DNA from: Mizuhopecten yessoensis
Lineage: Eukaryota
NCBI RefSeq assembly: GCF_002113885.1
Contig: NW_018407700.1
Location: forward strand, 499,373 to 563,372
DNA length: 64,000 nt
Direction: 5' to 3'
Below are positions 1-13,900 of the stretch, piece after piece. The notes under the pieces are model-generated. The model worked only from the letters and a program-made list of their open reading frames with translations. It had not been told where the DNA came from and did no database searches. Position 1 is the first letter of the stretch; each line of letters opens with the position of its first letter. A program made the position numbers and the translations under genes.

Positions 1-423
1 AACAACTTGTTCTGAATAACCAAAAGGCTCAGGATGTTGATATTTAGTTAGTAGCATATGCTGGGATCAAGGACTACTATGTTTGTTAAAGTGAATGACT
101 TTGACTTATATTCAAGGTCACAGGGGTCAAATTTGTTTAAAATCTTTAAACAACCTCTTATGAATAACCATGGGTCCCAGGATGTTTATACTTTGCAAGT
201 TGCATCCTGAGATGAAAGGCTATACAATGTGTTCAACATAATGACTTTGTTCGACTTTCAATCGCAGGGGTGAAATGTTTTTAAAAAAAATAACAGGGTC
301 TTTTGAACGAATTTTAATCATAAAAACTGATATTTTGCCTGTAGCTTTATTTAGATCACTTTTAAGGTTACAAGTGTGAGTTTAAAACCAGGTGAGCAGT
401 GCAGGCCCATTGGGCCTCTTGTT
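1..423 (+). mobile_element. 3' end of a non-autonomous Helentron/HINE-like element (family A), truncated by the window edge
   Basis: Two diverged ~148-bp core repeats (aacaac..gaataacca...gatgtt...aatgacttt...caggggt.aaat), then subterminal CAGGTGAGC, hairpin GGCCCattGGGCC and terminal TCTTGTT. Confidence 0.7.
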
Positions 424-2606
424 GAAATATTGGTTGATTTTCCCTTTTGAGCCCTACCCTGGCCTCCAGGGTTGGGGTAGGGATCCCAATTTTACAATTT
501 AAAACCATCATCCTCCTCCACGGATAATTCTCACCAAGTAAAAATAATTTCCAACAGAAAATTGTCAAAATATACCCAAAAGTGTTGTTTCCCTATATAA
601 ACTATAGTAAACTTTACCCCCTCCCCAAGGGAGAACGGATAGCTCGGGGGTCCTGAAATTTACAATTGAAATAAAGCCCATGATGATCTTTCCATCCATG
701 TAGAGAAAATGACTGCAATACCTCTGAGTCTGGAGAAAAGATTTTTGAAATATTGGCTAATTTTCCCTTTTGGTCCCCGCCCTGGCCCCCAGGGTTGGGG
801 CAGGGATCCTAATTTTACAATTTAAAACCATCTTCCTCCTCCAAGGATAATTCTCACCAAGTAAAAATAATTTCCAACAGAAAATTGTCAAAATATACCC
901 AAAAGTGTTGTTTCCCTATATAAACTATAGTAAACTTTACCCCCTCCCCAAGGGAGAACAGATAGCTCGAGGGTCCTGAAATTTACAATTAAAAAAAAAA
1001 ATCCTGATGATCTTTCCATCCATGCAGAGAAAATGACTGTAGTATAGGACTCTGAGTCTGGGGAAGAAGATTTTTGAAATATTGGTTAAATTTCCCTTTG
1101 GGGCCTTGCCCTGGCTCCTAGGGTTTGGGTAGGAATCCCAATTTTACAATTTAAAACCATCTTCCTTCAAGGATATTTCTCACCAAGTAAGAATAATTTC
1201 CACAAAAATTGTCAAAATATACCCGAAAGTGTTGTTTCCCTATATAAACTATAGTAAACTTTACCCCCTCCCCAAGGGAGAACGGATAGCTCGGGGGTCC
1301 TGAAATTTACAATTTAAATAAAGCCCCTGATGATCTTTCCATCCATGCAGAGAAAATGACTGTAATACCTCTGAGTCTGGAGAAGAAGATTTTTGAAATA
1401 TTGGTTAATTTTCCCTTTTGGGCCCCGCCCTGGCCCCTAGGGTTGGGGTAGGAATCCCAATTTTACAATTTAAAACCATCTTCCTCCTCCAAGGATGATT
1501 CTGACCAAGTAAAAATAATTTCCAACAGAAAATTGTCAAAATATACCCAAAAGTGTTGTTTCCCTATATAAACTATAGTAAACTTTACCCCCTCCCCAAG
1601 GGAGAACGGATAGCTCGGGGGTCCTGAAATTTACAATTTAAATAAAGCCCCTGATGATCTTTCCATCCATGCAGAGAAAATGACTGTAATACCTCTGAGT
1701 CTGGAGAAGAAGATTTTTGAAATATTGGTTAATTTTCCCTTTTGGGCCCCGCCCTGGCCCCTAGGGTTGGGGTAGGAATCCCAATTTTACAATTTAAAAC
1801 CATCTTCCTCCTCCAAGGATGATTCTGACCAAGTAAAAATAATTTCCAACAGAAAATTGTCAAAATATACCCAAAAGTGTTGTTTCCCTATATAAACTAT
1901 AGTAAACTTTACCCCCTCCCCAAGGGAGAACGGATAGCTCGGGGGTCCTGAAATTTACAATTTAAATAAAGCCCCTGATGATCTTTCCATCCATGCAGAG
2001 AAAATGACTGTAATACCTCTGAGTCTGGAGAAGAAGATTTTTGAAATATTGGTTAATTTTCCCTTTTGGGCCCCGCCCTGGCCCCTAGGGTTGGGGTAGG
2101 AATCCCAATTTTACAATTTAAAACCATCTTCCTCCTCCAAGGATGATTCTGACCAAGTAAAAATAATTTCCAACAGAAAATTGTCAAAATATACCCAAAA
2201 GTGTTGTTTCCCTATATAAACTATAGTAAACTTTACCCCCTCCCCAAGGGAGAACGGATAGCTCGGGGGTCCTGAAATTTACAATTTAAATAAAGCCCCT
2301 GATGATCTTTCCATCCATGCAGAGAAAATGACTGTAATACCTCTGAGTCTGGAGAAGAAGATTTTTGAAATATTGGTTAATTTTCCCTTTTGGGCCCCGC
2401 CCTGGCCCCTAGGGTTGGGGTAGGAATCCCAATTTTACAATTTGGTAGCCTCATCTACCAAGGATGATTCTGACCAAGTTTGAAAAAAATCCATCCACTG
2501 GTTCTTGAGAAGATTTTGATAATGTAAAAAGTTTACACACGCCGGACGACGACGGGCGGAAAGTGATTGGAATAGGTCACTTGAGCAAAGCTCAGGTGAC
2601 CTAAAA
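424..2606 (-). mobile_element. HINE/pearl-like element (family B) carrying ~6 tandem 324-bp units, each a dimer of ~162-bp subunits
   Basis: Period 324 (ttgtcaaaatatacc at 1533 and 1857); short GACG/GAC microsatellite at ~2545; terminal palindrome AGGTCACtTGAGCaaaGCTCAgGTGACCT followed by an A-run at ~2574-2607. Confidence 0.8.
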
Positions 2607-4971
2607 AGATATTAACAGTTTTCTTAGATCCTTCTGCATTGTAAATTAGACACCACTCACTAAAGAAAGTGATATTTTTTACACTAGGAGTTTGATTTCT
2701 GATTTCTGAAAATGTTCAAAGTATGAGCACTTGAAGAAAAAGTATTTTTCTCCATGATGCAAGTCTGTGCAGTGACCAGAATAGAAGATATAATAGTGCC
2801 TTTAAACTCAATGCTCACCTATCTATATAATATGGACAACGTTGAAACAGTTAATGCAGTATCAAGCTCGTCCTTATATGGCCTACCCCTGGCCTTCTCT
2901 TTTCATTAGACTTGGTCATCAGTAGACTTGTTCATTCAAAAAGTGACACAATGTTTAGGAACTAGCTCATCTTTCTGGAGGAAATGAAGTACAGTTATAA
3001 CAAGCTTAAGGGTAATTCCTCCAAGTAAGAACAGCACTGTGGACACTTTCTCATGCACAATGTAGGTGTAACTCACTAGAGAAGCGAGAATATCCATGAG
3101 ACATGCTGTACCTTGACCAACCTGGGTCATCAAAACCAACCAAATAATAACAAAACATGCCGAAAGAATGCAATTTAATATAACTTTAATACGAAGTGTT
3201 ATATGTATTCAAATAAATATACACTAAATAACAAAAGCAAAGAAATGTGGACGGGTTAACCCGATCGTTTATTGATGCACATGACAGTGTGCCCGTGTCT
3301 CACTATGAGGAAAACACCATGTCGATAAAATTGGCACACATTTATGATCAAAAACAAGGAAGAAACGTATCAGCTATGTGACAGGAGGTTTTAAAGGATG
3401 GAGTAAAATCAAACTATTGTTCAGCGAAAAAACCCATTGTCCATAAAACGTAAGAGTAAATTAATTAGAAGTGGCCTGCTGTGCAGGCTCTTGTACAGAG
3501 GTCAGACAAAGGGGCCTCCGAAGGAAGGTTAATGTATTTAATTCTTTTGTTGAGTGATTAAATTTATGGGTGGTTGTAATAGATGAGCCTATAAATATTT
3601 TGGTAACTATTTTTGAATTATCTGGACAAATACTGCAGCACTAGCACACAGAAGCAGATCATGATCAGGAGAGGTTTCCAGGGAGTAAATGATCACCAGT
3701 TTTTTATGGAGTTATATAAGAGGAAACTTCTTATGGATACCAATTAGTTCATTCAATAATGATGAAATGTAAATTACCTTTTTATGATAATTATTGTCTA
3801 GTGTCACACAAATTTTGATGCAAGGCTGACTAACTACAATAAAAATTGTATTTTGATAACATTTCATTTTGTTTAAGAAACATACATGTTGGGATAACCA
3901 AGGCTTATTATGATTGCAATACATTGCTGATTGTGTATAGATTACACTGAATGGAGACATACATCAACATTAATTATGATAACTTAGTTAATACAACTAC
4001 CTAAGACATTCAAATATCAACACTTCATACCGTATAACATGAAACTTTTGCAGTACATATACTTCCATTGTTTTGTTTGTGATGTATTATGAACCGCAAA
4101 TATTTGTCAAGTGAATACTTTTCTCCCATAACCACTATAGGTTTCCTCGCTCTCAGCTCATTGGTTAAACCTGCTACAGTTTGTAAACTTTTCCCGGTAA
4201 CCCACTAGTGATTAACAACCCCGGACCTGTAAGTTATTTCATTGGTCCATCTTTGAATTATGACGTCATGTTACAATCCTTTACATCAGCATCAAAATTC
4301 ATGGCAATTATTTCCCTGATTGGACACAGGAATCGTGTATTTCCATGAGAAACATCTGTTTTTTTACTTTAATAAAAACTTCATGGGAGAAAAAACTTGC
4401 TATGGTTGGATATCATGCGGTAAATAAACACTGTGTCTTTATTTAACTAACTTAATTTAGATTAACATGGTACATTATATATATATTCCAGGACTCATTG
4501 GGGAACCTCTTTGTAATAGATGAGTTTATCTGACTAATTTCAACTTGATCAGCAGACTGCAGGAAATAATGAATAGTTTCATGTTATGCAGTATATACTA
4601 AAGCAAGTAGAAAAGGGCTTAGAAGAATATACACTGTATCTTTGATTGAAGTTGCAAGTCAGCGTAAGAAAATGAGTGTCAATAATCAATGATGTGTATA
4701 TCACAACAATGCGTGTCCTGATGCCATTTACAATAAAACTTTTTCATCATATTTAGAGATAGTGTCTAAGAATGGTCTAGTGTCTGAGAATGGTCTACAT
4801 AAGACAAGTATTTGTCACTACATTCATGTTTTCTGTGTAACATAAACGATATTGAAGGACTGTCAAATTTACATATATACACTACAGATAAGACTTGAAG
4901 ATACAAGCACTGATATCACATTTAAAAAGTCTTTTACTGAATCTTAACGATGTAATGCTGAAGATTTATCA

Positions 4972-7900
4972 CTAGCTGTCTTTTCCTGTGGACAAAAGTT
5001 TGAGAGCTTTTGTTAGGTTATTTATTGCTGTCGTAGAATCCTCGTACTGTATGGCACTACTTGCATATTTACAAAACTTCAAGGCTTTTTGGTACTGGTC
5101 GGCTGTCAGCTGAACTCCAGCTATAAAAGTGGAGAGAAAAACAAATTGATACCATATATATATATTGTAAACAAAACTAAGAGTGCTTTTGTTAGAAATA
5201 TATAGGTAATACAATCTTCAATCTTGTGTCACTATCTTGTGTCACTAAGTTATTTGTCTTCTATCTTGTGCCACTAAGTTATAATTATTTGTCTTCTATC
5301 TTGTGCCACTGAGTTATTTGTCTTCTATCATGTACCACTGAGTTATTTGTCTTCTATCTTGTGCCACTGAGTTATTTGTCTTCTATCTTGTGCCACTGAG
5401 TTATTTGTCTTCAATCTTGTGCCACTGAGTTATTTGTCTTCTATCTTGTGTCACTGAGTTATTTGTCTTCTATCTTGTGCCACTGAGTTATTTGTCTTCT
5501 ATCTTGTGCCACTGAGTTATTTGTCTTCTATATTGTGTCACTGAGTTATTTGTCTTCTATCTTGTGTCACTGAGTTATTTGTCTTCTATCTTGTGTCACT
5601 GAGTTATTTGTCTTCTATCTTGTGTCACTGAGTTATTTGTCTTCTATCTTGTGTCACTGAGTTATTTGTCTTCTATCTTGTGCCACTGAGTTATTTGTCT
5701 TCTATCTTGTGTCACTTGTCTTCTATCTTGTGCGACTGACTTATTCTGACAATGTTATTGTTAATATTGATACATTTTTTATTCAAACATATTCTACTTT
5801 CTGTTCTTTGTCATTGAAATGATATATGATTTATCAAAGGATATCTCTGAAAGATGGTTATAATGTTGATCAAAATCTTTAAAGGGAGATAACTTATCAC
5901 ATTTTTCTTACTTTAACATTTAGTTCTAACCAAGTATTGTCGAATACGTCCCCATTTACGTTTTCATATTGTTATAATCATGTTTATGATTTACAAAAGA
6001 ATTCTATTTTGAAAATGGAATTTTCCAGAACAGAACTTTGTCTAAGATTGGACATACCAGTATTTGAAGGAGGGGTCCAGACTGCTGTTCCTCCCACTGG
6101 CTGCTGTGGCTGTTGGGGTGTAGAGGGGGGAGCATGGGCACCAGGGGGTTGACTACCAGCTGGTGATGGAAGGTTAAGGTTTCCGTAGGAAGGGTTGTAG
6201 TTGCCAGGCTGCTGGGGGGGTGGACCAGGTTGTTGGGGGTATGAAGGTTGTTGGGGTGGGGGATACCCTGGTGCTGGGTCTGGCTGAGTTGTCGGGAAGT
6301 TTGAAGGTCCTGGCTGAGATGTGGACGAGGTCACAGGGGCTCCACCAAAGGCTCCTGAAATATACAATAGCAACACATAGACCAGTGTTCTCCTCAGCAC
6401 TTTTGGATAGCTTGATGGAAAAACAATATCTTTATGCACCTGACACCATGTGGCGAATCTCTTATATCACAAAAAAACAGTGTTAACTACGTCAGAAATC
6501 AATCCATGGCAACCATAGAAAGTGTGTGGTGAAATAAGCAATGCCGACACATTAAAAAGAACATAACTATATCATGCTTCAAAGATAAAAATGTTGAATT
6601 AATTAAGGTTTGGTGAAAACAATTATGTCATGGAAGACAATACAGTATGAAGTTAGACACAAACTCATATTCACAGGCAATGTAAATCTCGAAAATGTTA
6701 TAGGCACGAATCCAACAAAATTTGGTAGTTTCATTGACAAACAATAAAAATAATTGTTCTAACCATTGTTTTCATCGGGTATATTTACCGAGTCTGATCA
6801 AGACAATTTAATATTGATTCTTAAAAGTTAGAGATGTGTATATGTAGCTTGAAATCTTAAGTGACGACTGACATATATGCTGCACTCTTTGATCTATATG
6901 TACTTACCGTCTTCCTCTTCATCCCCTTCCTCCCTCATTGGACCAGGAGTAGGTGTTTCTCCATTCTTAAGACACCTATGTATGTAGGCTGCCTTCCATT
7001 TTGCATACTTTTTATTCTTTTCAATCTGTAATGGAAACAGCATTCATTAATATTTGATAGTATCCTGTTGTAGTATATTGACACATTTTATAAAATACTA
7101 GTATATTACAATTTGAAATTCACACTATATCTAACATCTGTATGGATCAGCATTGATCTGCAGTGAGATTTAGATAACGGTGTTTGGATGGATCAGCACT
7201 GATGGGTTGTGAGGTCTAGATCTACATTACTTGTAGGGACCAGTAGTAATTGTTGTGATTGGCTGTGAGGTCTCTGTAGGGACCAGTAGTGATTGTTGTG
7301 AGTGACGGTGAGGTCTCTGTATGGACCAGTAGTTATTGTTGTGATTGGCTTTGGGGTCTCTGTAGGGACGAGTAGTGATTGCTTTGATTGGTTGTAAGGT
7401 CGTTGTAGGGACCAGTAGTGAGTGTTGTGATTGGATGTGAGGTATCTGTAGGGACCAGTCGTGATTGTTGTGATTGACGGTGAGGTCTCTGTATGGACCA
7501 GGAGCGATTGTTGTGATTGACTGTGAGGGCTCTGTAGGGACCAGTCGTGATTGTTGTGATTGACTGTGAGGTCTCTGTATGGACCAGTAGTGATTGTTGT
7601 GATTGACGGTGAGGTCTCTGTAGGGACCAGTAGTGGTTGTTGTGATTGGCTGTGAGGTCTCTGTATGGACCAGTAGTAATTGTTGTGATTGGCTGTGAGG
7701 TCTCTGTAGGGACCAGAAGTAATTGTTGTGATTGGCTGTGAGGTCTCTGTAGGGACCAGAAGTAATTGTTGTGATTGGCTGTGAGGTCTCTGTAGGGACC
7801 AGTAGTGGTTGTTGTGATTGGCTGTGAGGTCTCTGTAGGGACCAGTAGTGATTGTTGTGATTGACAGTGAGGTCTCTGTAGGGACCAGTAGTGGTTGTTG

Positions 7901-10900
7901 TGATTGACTGTGAGGTCTCTGTATGGACCAGTAGTAATTGTTGTGATTGGCTGTGAGGTCTCTGTAGGGACCAGTAGTGATTGTGTGATTGGCTGTGAGG
8001 TCTCTGTATGGACCAGTAGTTATTGTTGTGATTGGATGTGAGGTCTCTGAAGGACGAGTAGTGATTGCTGTGATTGGTTGTAAGGTCTCTGTAGGGACCA
8101 GAAATGATTGTTGTGATTGGATGCGAGGTCTCTGTATGTACCAGTAGTGATTGTTGTGATTGGATGTGAGGTATCTGTAGGGACCAGTAGTGATTGTTGT
8201 GATTGGCTGTGAGGTATCTGTACGTACCAGTAGTGATTGTTGTGATTGGATGTGAGGTCTCTGTAGGGACCAGTAGTGATTGTTGTGATTGGATGTGAGG
8301 TATCTGTAGGGACCAGTAGTGACTGTTGTGATTGGATGTGAGGTATCTGTAAGGACCAGTGGTGATTATTGTGATTGGACTTGAGGTTTCTGTATGTACC
8401 AGAAGTGATTGTTGTGATTGGATGTGAGGTATCTGTATGTACCAGAAGTGATTGTTGTGATTGGATGTGAGGTCTCTGTAGGGACCAGTAGTGATTATTG
8501 TGATTGGATGTGAGATATCTGTAGGGACAGTAGTGATTGTTGTGATTGGATGTGAGGTATCTGTAGGGACCAGTCGTGATTATTGTGATTGGACTTGAGG
8601 TTTCTGTATGTACCAGTAGTGATTATTGTGATTGGATGTGAGGTATCTGTATGTACCAGTAGTGATTATTGTGATTGGATGTGAGGTATATGTATGTACC
8701 AGTAGTGAGTGTTGTGACTGGATGTGAGGTCTCCGTAGGGACCAGTCGTGATTGTTGTGATCGGCTGTGAGGTCTCTGTAGGGACCAGTAGTGAGTGTTG
8801 TGATTGGTTGTGAGGTATCTGTATGTACCAGTAATGAGTGTCGTGATTGGATGTGAGTCACTGTATGTACCAGTAGTGAGTGTTGTGATTGGATGTGAGG
8901 TATATGTATGTACCAGTAGTGATTGTTGTGATTGGATGTGAGGTCTCTGTAGGGACCAGTAGTGATTATTGTGATTGGATGTGAGATATCTGTAGGGACA
9001 GTAGTGATTGTTGTGATTGGATGTGAGGTATCTGTATGTACCAGTAGTGATTATTGTGATTGGATGTGAGATATCTGTAGGGACAGTAGTGATTGTTGTG
9101 CTTGGATGTGAGGTATCTGTAGGGACCAGTCGTGATTATTGTGATTGGACTTGAGGTTTCTGTATGTACCAGTAGTGATTATTGTGATTCGATGCGAGGT
9201 ATCTGTATGTACCAGTAGTGATTATTGTGATTCGATGCGAGGTATCTGTATGTACCAGTAGTGATTATTGTGGTTGGATGTGAGGTATATGTATGTACCA
9301 GTAGTAATTGTTGTGATTGGATGTGAGGTATCTATATGTACCAGTAGTGAGTGTTGTGATCGGCTGTGAGGTATCTGTAAGGACCAGTGGTGATTATTGT
9401 GATTGGACTTGAGGTTTCTGTATGTACCAGTAGTGATTATTGTGATTCGAGGTGAGGTATCTGTATGTACCAGTAGTGATTATTGTGGTTGGATGTGAGG
9501 TATATGTATGTACCAGTAGTGAGTGTTGTGATTGGATGTGAGGTCTCTGTAGGGACCAGTAGTGATTATTGTGATTGGATGTGAGGTATCTGTATGTACC
9601 AGAAGCGATTGTTGTGATTGGATGTGAGGTCTCTGTAGGGACCAGAAGTGGGGGTTGTGGTTGGATGTGAGGTATCTGTATGTACCAGTAGTGATTATTG
9701 TGGTTGGATGTGAGGTATATGTATGTACCAGTAGTGACTGTTGTGATTGGATGTGAGGTATCTGTAGGGACCAGTAGTGACTGTTGTGATTGGATGTGAG
9801 GTATCTATATGTACCAGTAGTGAGTGTTGTGATCGGCTGTGAGGTCTCTGTAGGGACCAGCAGTAATTGTTGTGATCGGCTGTGAGGTCTCTGTGGGGAC
9901 CAGTAGTAATTGTTGTGATCAGCTGTGAGGTCTCTGTAGGGACCAGTAGTGATTGTTGTGATTGGCTGTGAGGTATCTGTACGTACCAGTAGTGATTGTT
10001 GTGATTGGATGTGAGATATCTGTAGGGACAGGAGTGATTGTTGTGATTGGATGTGAGGTATCTGTAGGGACCAGTAGTAATTGTTGTGATCAGCTGTGAG
10101 GTCTCTGTAGGGACCAGTAGTGAGTGTCGTGATTGGTTGTGAGGCATCTGTATGTACCAGTAGTGAGTGTCGTGATTGGATGTGAGGTATATGTATGTAC
10201 CAGTAGTAATTGTTGTGATTGGATGTGAGGTATCTGTAGGGACCAGTAGTAATTGTTGTGATCGGCTGTGAGGCCTCTGTAGGGACCAGAAGTAATTGTT
10301 GTGATTGGCTGTGAGGTCTCTGTAGGGACCAGCAGTAATTGTTGTGATCGGCTGTGAGGTCTCTGTGGGGACCAGTAGTAATTGTTGTGATCAGCTGTGA
10401 GGTCTCTGTAGGGACCAGTAGTGATTGTTGTGATCGGCTGTGAGGTCTCTGTAGGGACCAGTAGTGAGTGTCGTGATTGGTTGTGAGGTATCTGTATGTA
10501 CCAGTAGTGAGTGTCGTGATTGGATGTGAGGTATCTGTATGTACCAGTAGTGAGTGTTGTGATTGGATTTGAGGTATATGTATGTACCAGCACTGGTCAC
10601 TACATGTATTAGCTATATAGGTGCTTACAGCACTTACATGACCCACTAGTGATTGGCTGTCAGATCTAGATCTATGGCATTTCAATGTACTTAAGTCTGT
10701 TAGTAGGCATGGTTTTTGTCTGTACCTCCAAAAAGTCCATCATTGTTGCATAAATACTATCTTAGAAATATTCTTCAGGAATGTGTTTGCATCAAATTTA
10801 ATATATGTTTGCAAGCTTAAGTAAATTATAAAGCAGGTAGACAGATATTTTTGAGCATTTTCTATTCCTCTTAAAGAATATATATCTAGAATGTTCCAAT

Positions 10901-13900
10901 AAAATGAACTTACATCTTCAGCAGGTTCTCCAAAAACACTTAAAACATCAAACAGCATACCAGAGGAGTAAAAAGATTTCACAACGTTTCTGAAAAATAC
11001 AATTCATTACATCTGAAAAATACAATTAATTACAAAAAAATATAATTTCTATCTTCAATTTTAGCTAACTGATTGTTTCTCTAGACCTATCAACACAGAC
11101 AGGTTTTTTAATTTCTTTGCAGATAAATTTGAATGATCACATTACACATATAAAAAAATTCTTGCAATTGATTCTTCAGTTTTGACTTTCTCTTATCACA
11201 TAGCTACATTGTACTAAGCCAATAACAGACAGGTTGACTGTCCGACTTGACTTACTTGTTAAATCTACCTGCCCTGTCCTCATTGTCAGCAAATAAGAAT
11301 ACTTTGAGGGCATAGTCCTCCACATGGGCCTGACCAACCACCTCATTTGTGATCGCCTCGTCCTGCATTGATGTCTTCATCTACAAATACAATCAGCGCC
11401 ATACTCACGTCAACTTACAAAATGAAAATGAATAATCAAAACATATAGTTACCCGGAGGAAAATTTATTCATGAATCCTTTCAAAATCCCATCCTCATTC
11501 CATGTTGATATGGTATAGTTGTCAAGGTTCGTATACTGTTGAACAAGTTTGTAGTAAGCTCATTAGACTTTTTTATTTTTTTTTATTTTAAGCTCATAAG
11601 ATCTAAAACTTAGGAAACAGATGTCTAGTAAGTCTTATGAGCTTAAAATAAAAAATAAAAATAAAAGATAATAAAAAGTTTTAGATCATAGTTTTATTTT
11701 AATTCATAGTTATCTAAAGCTTGTTCCTATCTGTGCTAAAAACAGTCTGACTGTTCCGTATTCGTTTATAACACATTTGCCTGTATCTTTAACAATTGCA
11801 TTAATAGATAAGCCAAACCGTTTCCATGTACTCCATCAATGCAACTAGGAAACTCCGACAATCAGGAGACTGCCGGTCTATTTCCATACCCTTCTGCATC
11901 GCATACAATCGACCTGAATTGAAAAAAAAATACTTATTTTGTTGAACATTGAAATTACTTATTATATACATGGTATTTTTGCCCCAACCTTCAACCATAT
12001 TCTATTATTTATGGCTGATCATAAGGTGTTTTTTTTCTTCTTTTTTTTCTCTCTCTGAATGGAGTTCAAGTCCTCACAACAGTCAGGATCATATGATCAT
12101 GAGTTACAAACACAGTATTGTTAATCACAGTTATATTTCATATCCTTTTATTTAAGGGAATAAATGTAGCATATTGTGTCACAGCTAGAAGAAAAATACA
12201 TTTCAACTAGAAAACGTCTGTAAGACATAAGCTCATGGATGGGATAGGTCGGGACGGGACGGACTTGGGCAACACTATATAGTATATATCCCCCATTTTA
12301 TGGTGGTGGCATAAAAATGATAAATTCAAGGTTTTCAGAGAGCTAAAGTTGATGCAATTGTTACTCCATGTTGATGCAAAATTTATTACAATTGCAACAA
12401 ACCTTGTTACAAGTGCACACTTTTTTCACATCTTTAATATTAAAACAATATGTTAGTTCAACAATTACAACTCAGTAAATTCTAGCATTACCATGAAAGA
12501 GGGTAGCCAAAGTGTGAGTGTCTGAATGACACATAGGTGTCAACCTCTGAAAGCTCTGAGATCTCCCTCATTCCACATTTCCAATGAGGGAGAAAGTGCT
12601 CGAAACTCGACTGAAATTGCTTTACTCAATTTATCTCTCTCTTTTTGCATTTATATGATGCAGACACCTGTTATGATCATTATACCCTGCAGTAACTAGG
12701 AGATCATTTGACCACAGAATGTAGGTTTAGAGTTTGGGCGAGTTTGGACATGAATGAGGAAGTTTCAAGGGAGATTGGTAAAATTTAGTCAAAATACGGG
12801 AGTCGGCTCCCTCCAAAAGACTAATCTAACCAAAATACGGGAGTCGGCTCCCTCCAAAAGACTAATCTAACCAAAATAAGGGAGTCGGCTCCCTCCAAAA
12901 GACTAATCTAACCAAAATAAGGGAGTCGGCTCCCTCCAAAAGACTAATCTAACAGGTTTGTATTGTATATATGATCACAGTCACCTTTTATCTATGTGCT
13001 AGACTGCTAGAGGGTATTTTCCTTCAACTTAGCTCAATTGATAGTGATGGTCTGGGAAGCAGGGGCCATGGCATGGTTTGATCCTAGCGGAAGCACACAA
13101 TCCTGTTACAAAGGGTGTCTGTGGCACTCCCTGTATAGTGACAGGGAGTTATATATAAACGTTATTTTTTTCCCAACAATTATGATGAAAAATGTTATTT
13201 CAACTTGTACTAATCACTCTTGTTGGCCCCGTTTTTAGTGCACGGAATTCCTTTTTGTGGGAGGAAACCCGAGTACCAGAATAAAAACATGGAAGGTCTT
13301 TTTGTGGGAGGAAACACGAGTACCAGAATAAAAACTATGTGGTTGAGAAGGTGATCGCATACCTTTTCATGCCCAATCAGGGAATCAAATTGGCTGCCTT
13401 GGCGAAAAGCGAGTGCACTACCCACTACATCACCCAGGTAGTTAGAACATCCCCCAGGTACATAAAGTTAGAACTTCACCCAGATAAACATCACCCAGGT
13501 AGTTATAGAACTTCACCCAGGCAGTTAGAACATCACCCTGCAGGTAGTTAGAACTTCACCCAGGTAGTTATAGAACTTCACCCAGGTAGTTATAGAACTT
13601 CACCCAGGTAGTTAGAACATCACCCAGGTAGTTAGAACATGTACATCACCCAGGTAGTTAGAACATCGACCAGGTAGTTAGAAATTGGATGTAGAGGAAC
13701 CGTAGTCAAGGGTAAATACGTTAAAAAAGAGGGGAATAGTGCATTGCAGTAGTTTTCCTGCTTGTAAGATCACAGTTGCCTTCTAGCTTTGCTTCCCTCA
13801 AGCTCAGTGTAGGTACTGTACAGTAGAGCTGCCAATAGGAAGCTGGGAGTCGCTAGTTCGATCCGCGTTGAAAGCACATGTTTTCTTTCATGTGTAACAG

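Noticed and set aside
8580-10685. Long His/Thr/Gln-rich ORFs up to 401 aa
   Set aside because: Translations of the 43-bp satellite in several frames, inside VTA1 intron 4; no independent coding signal.
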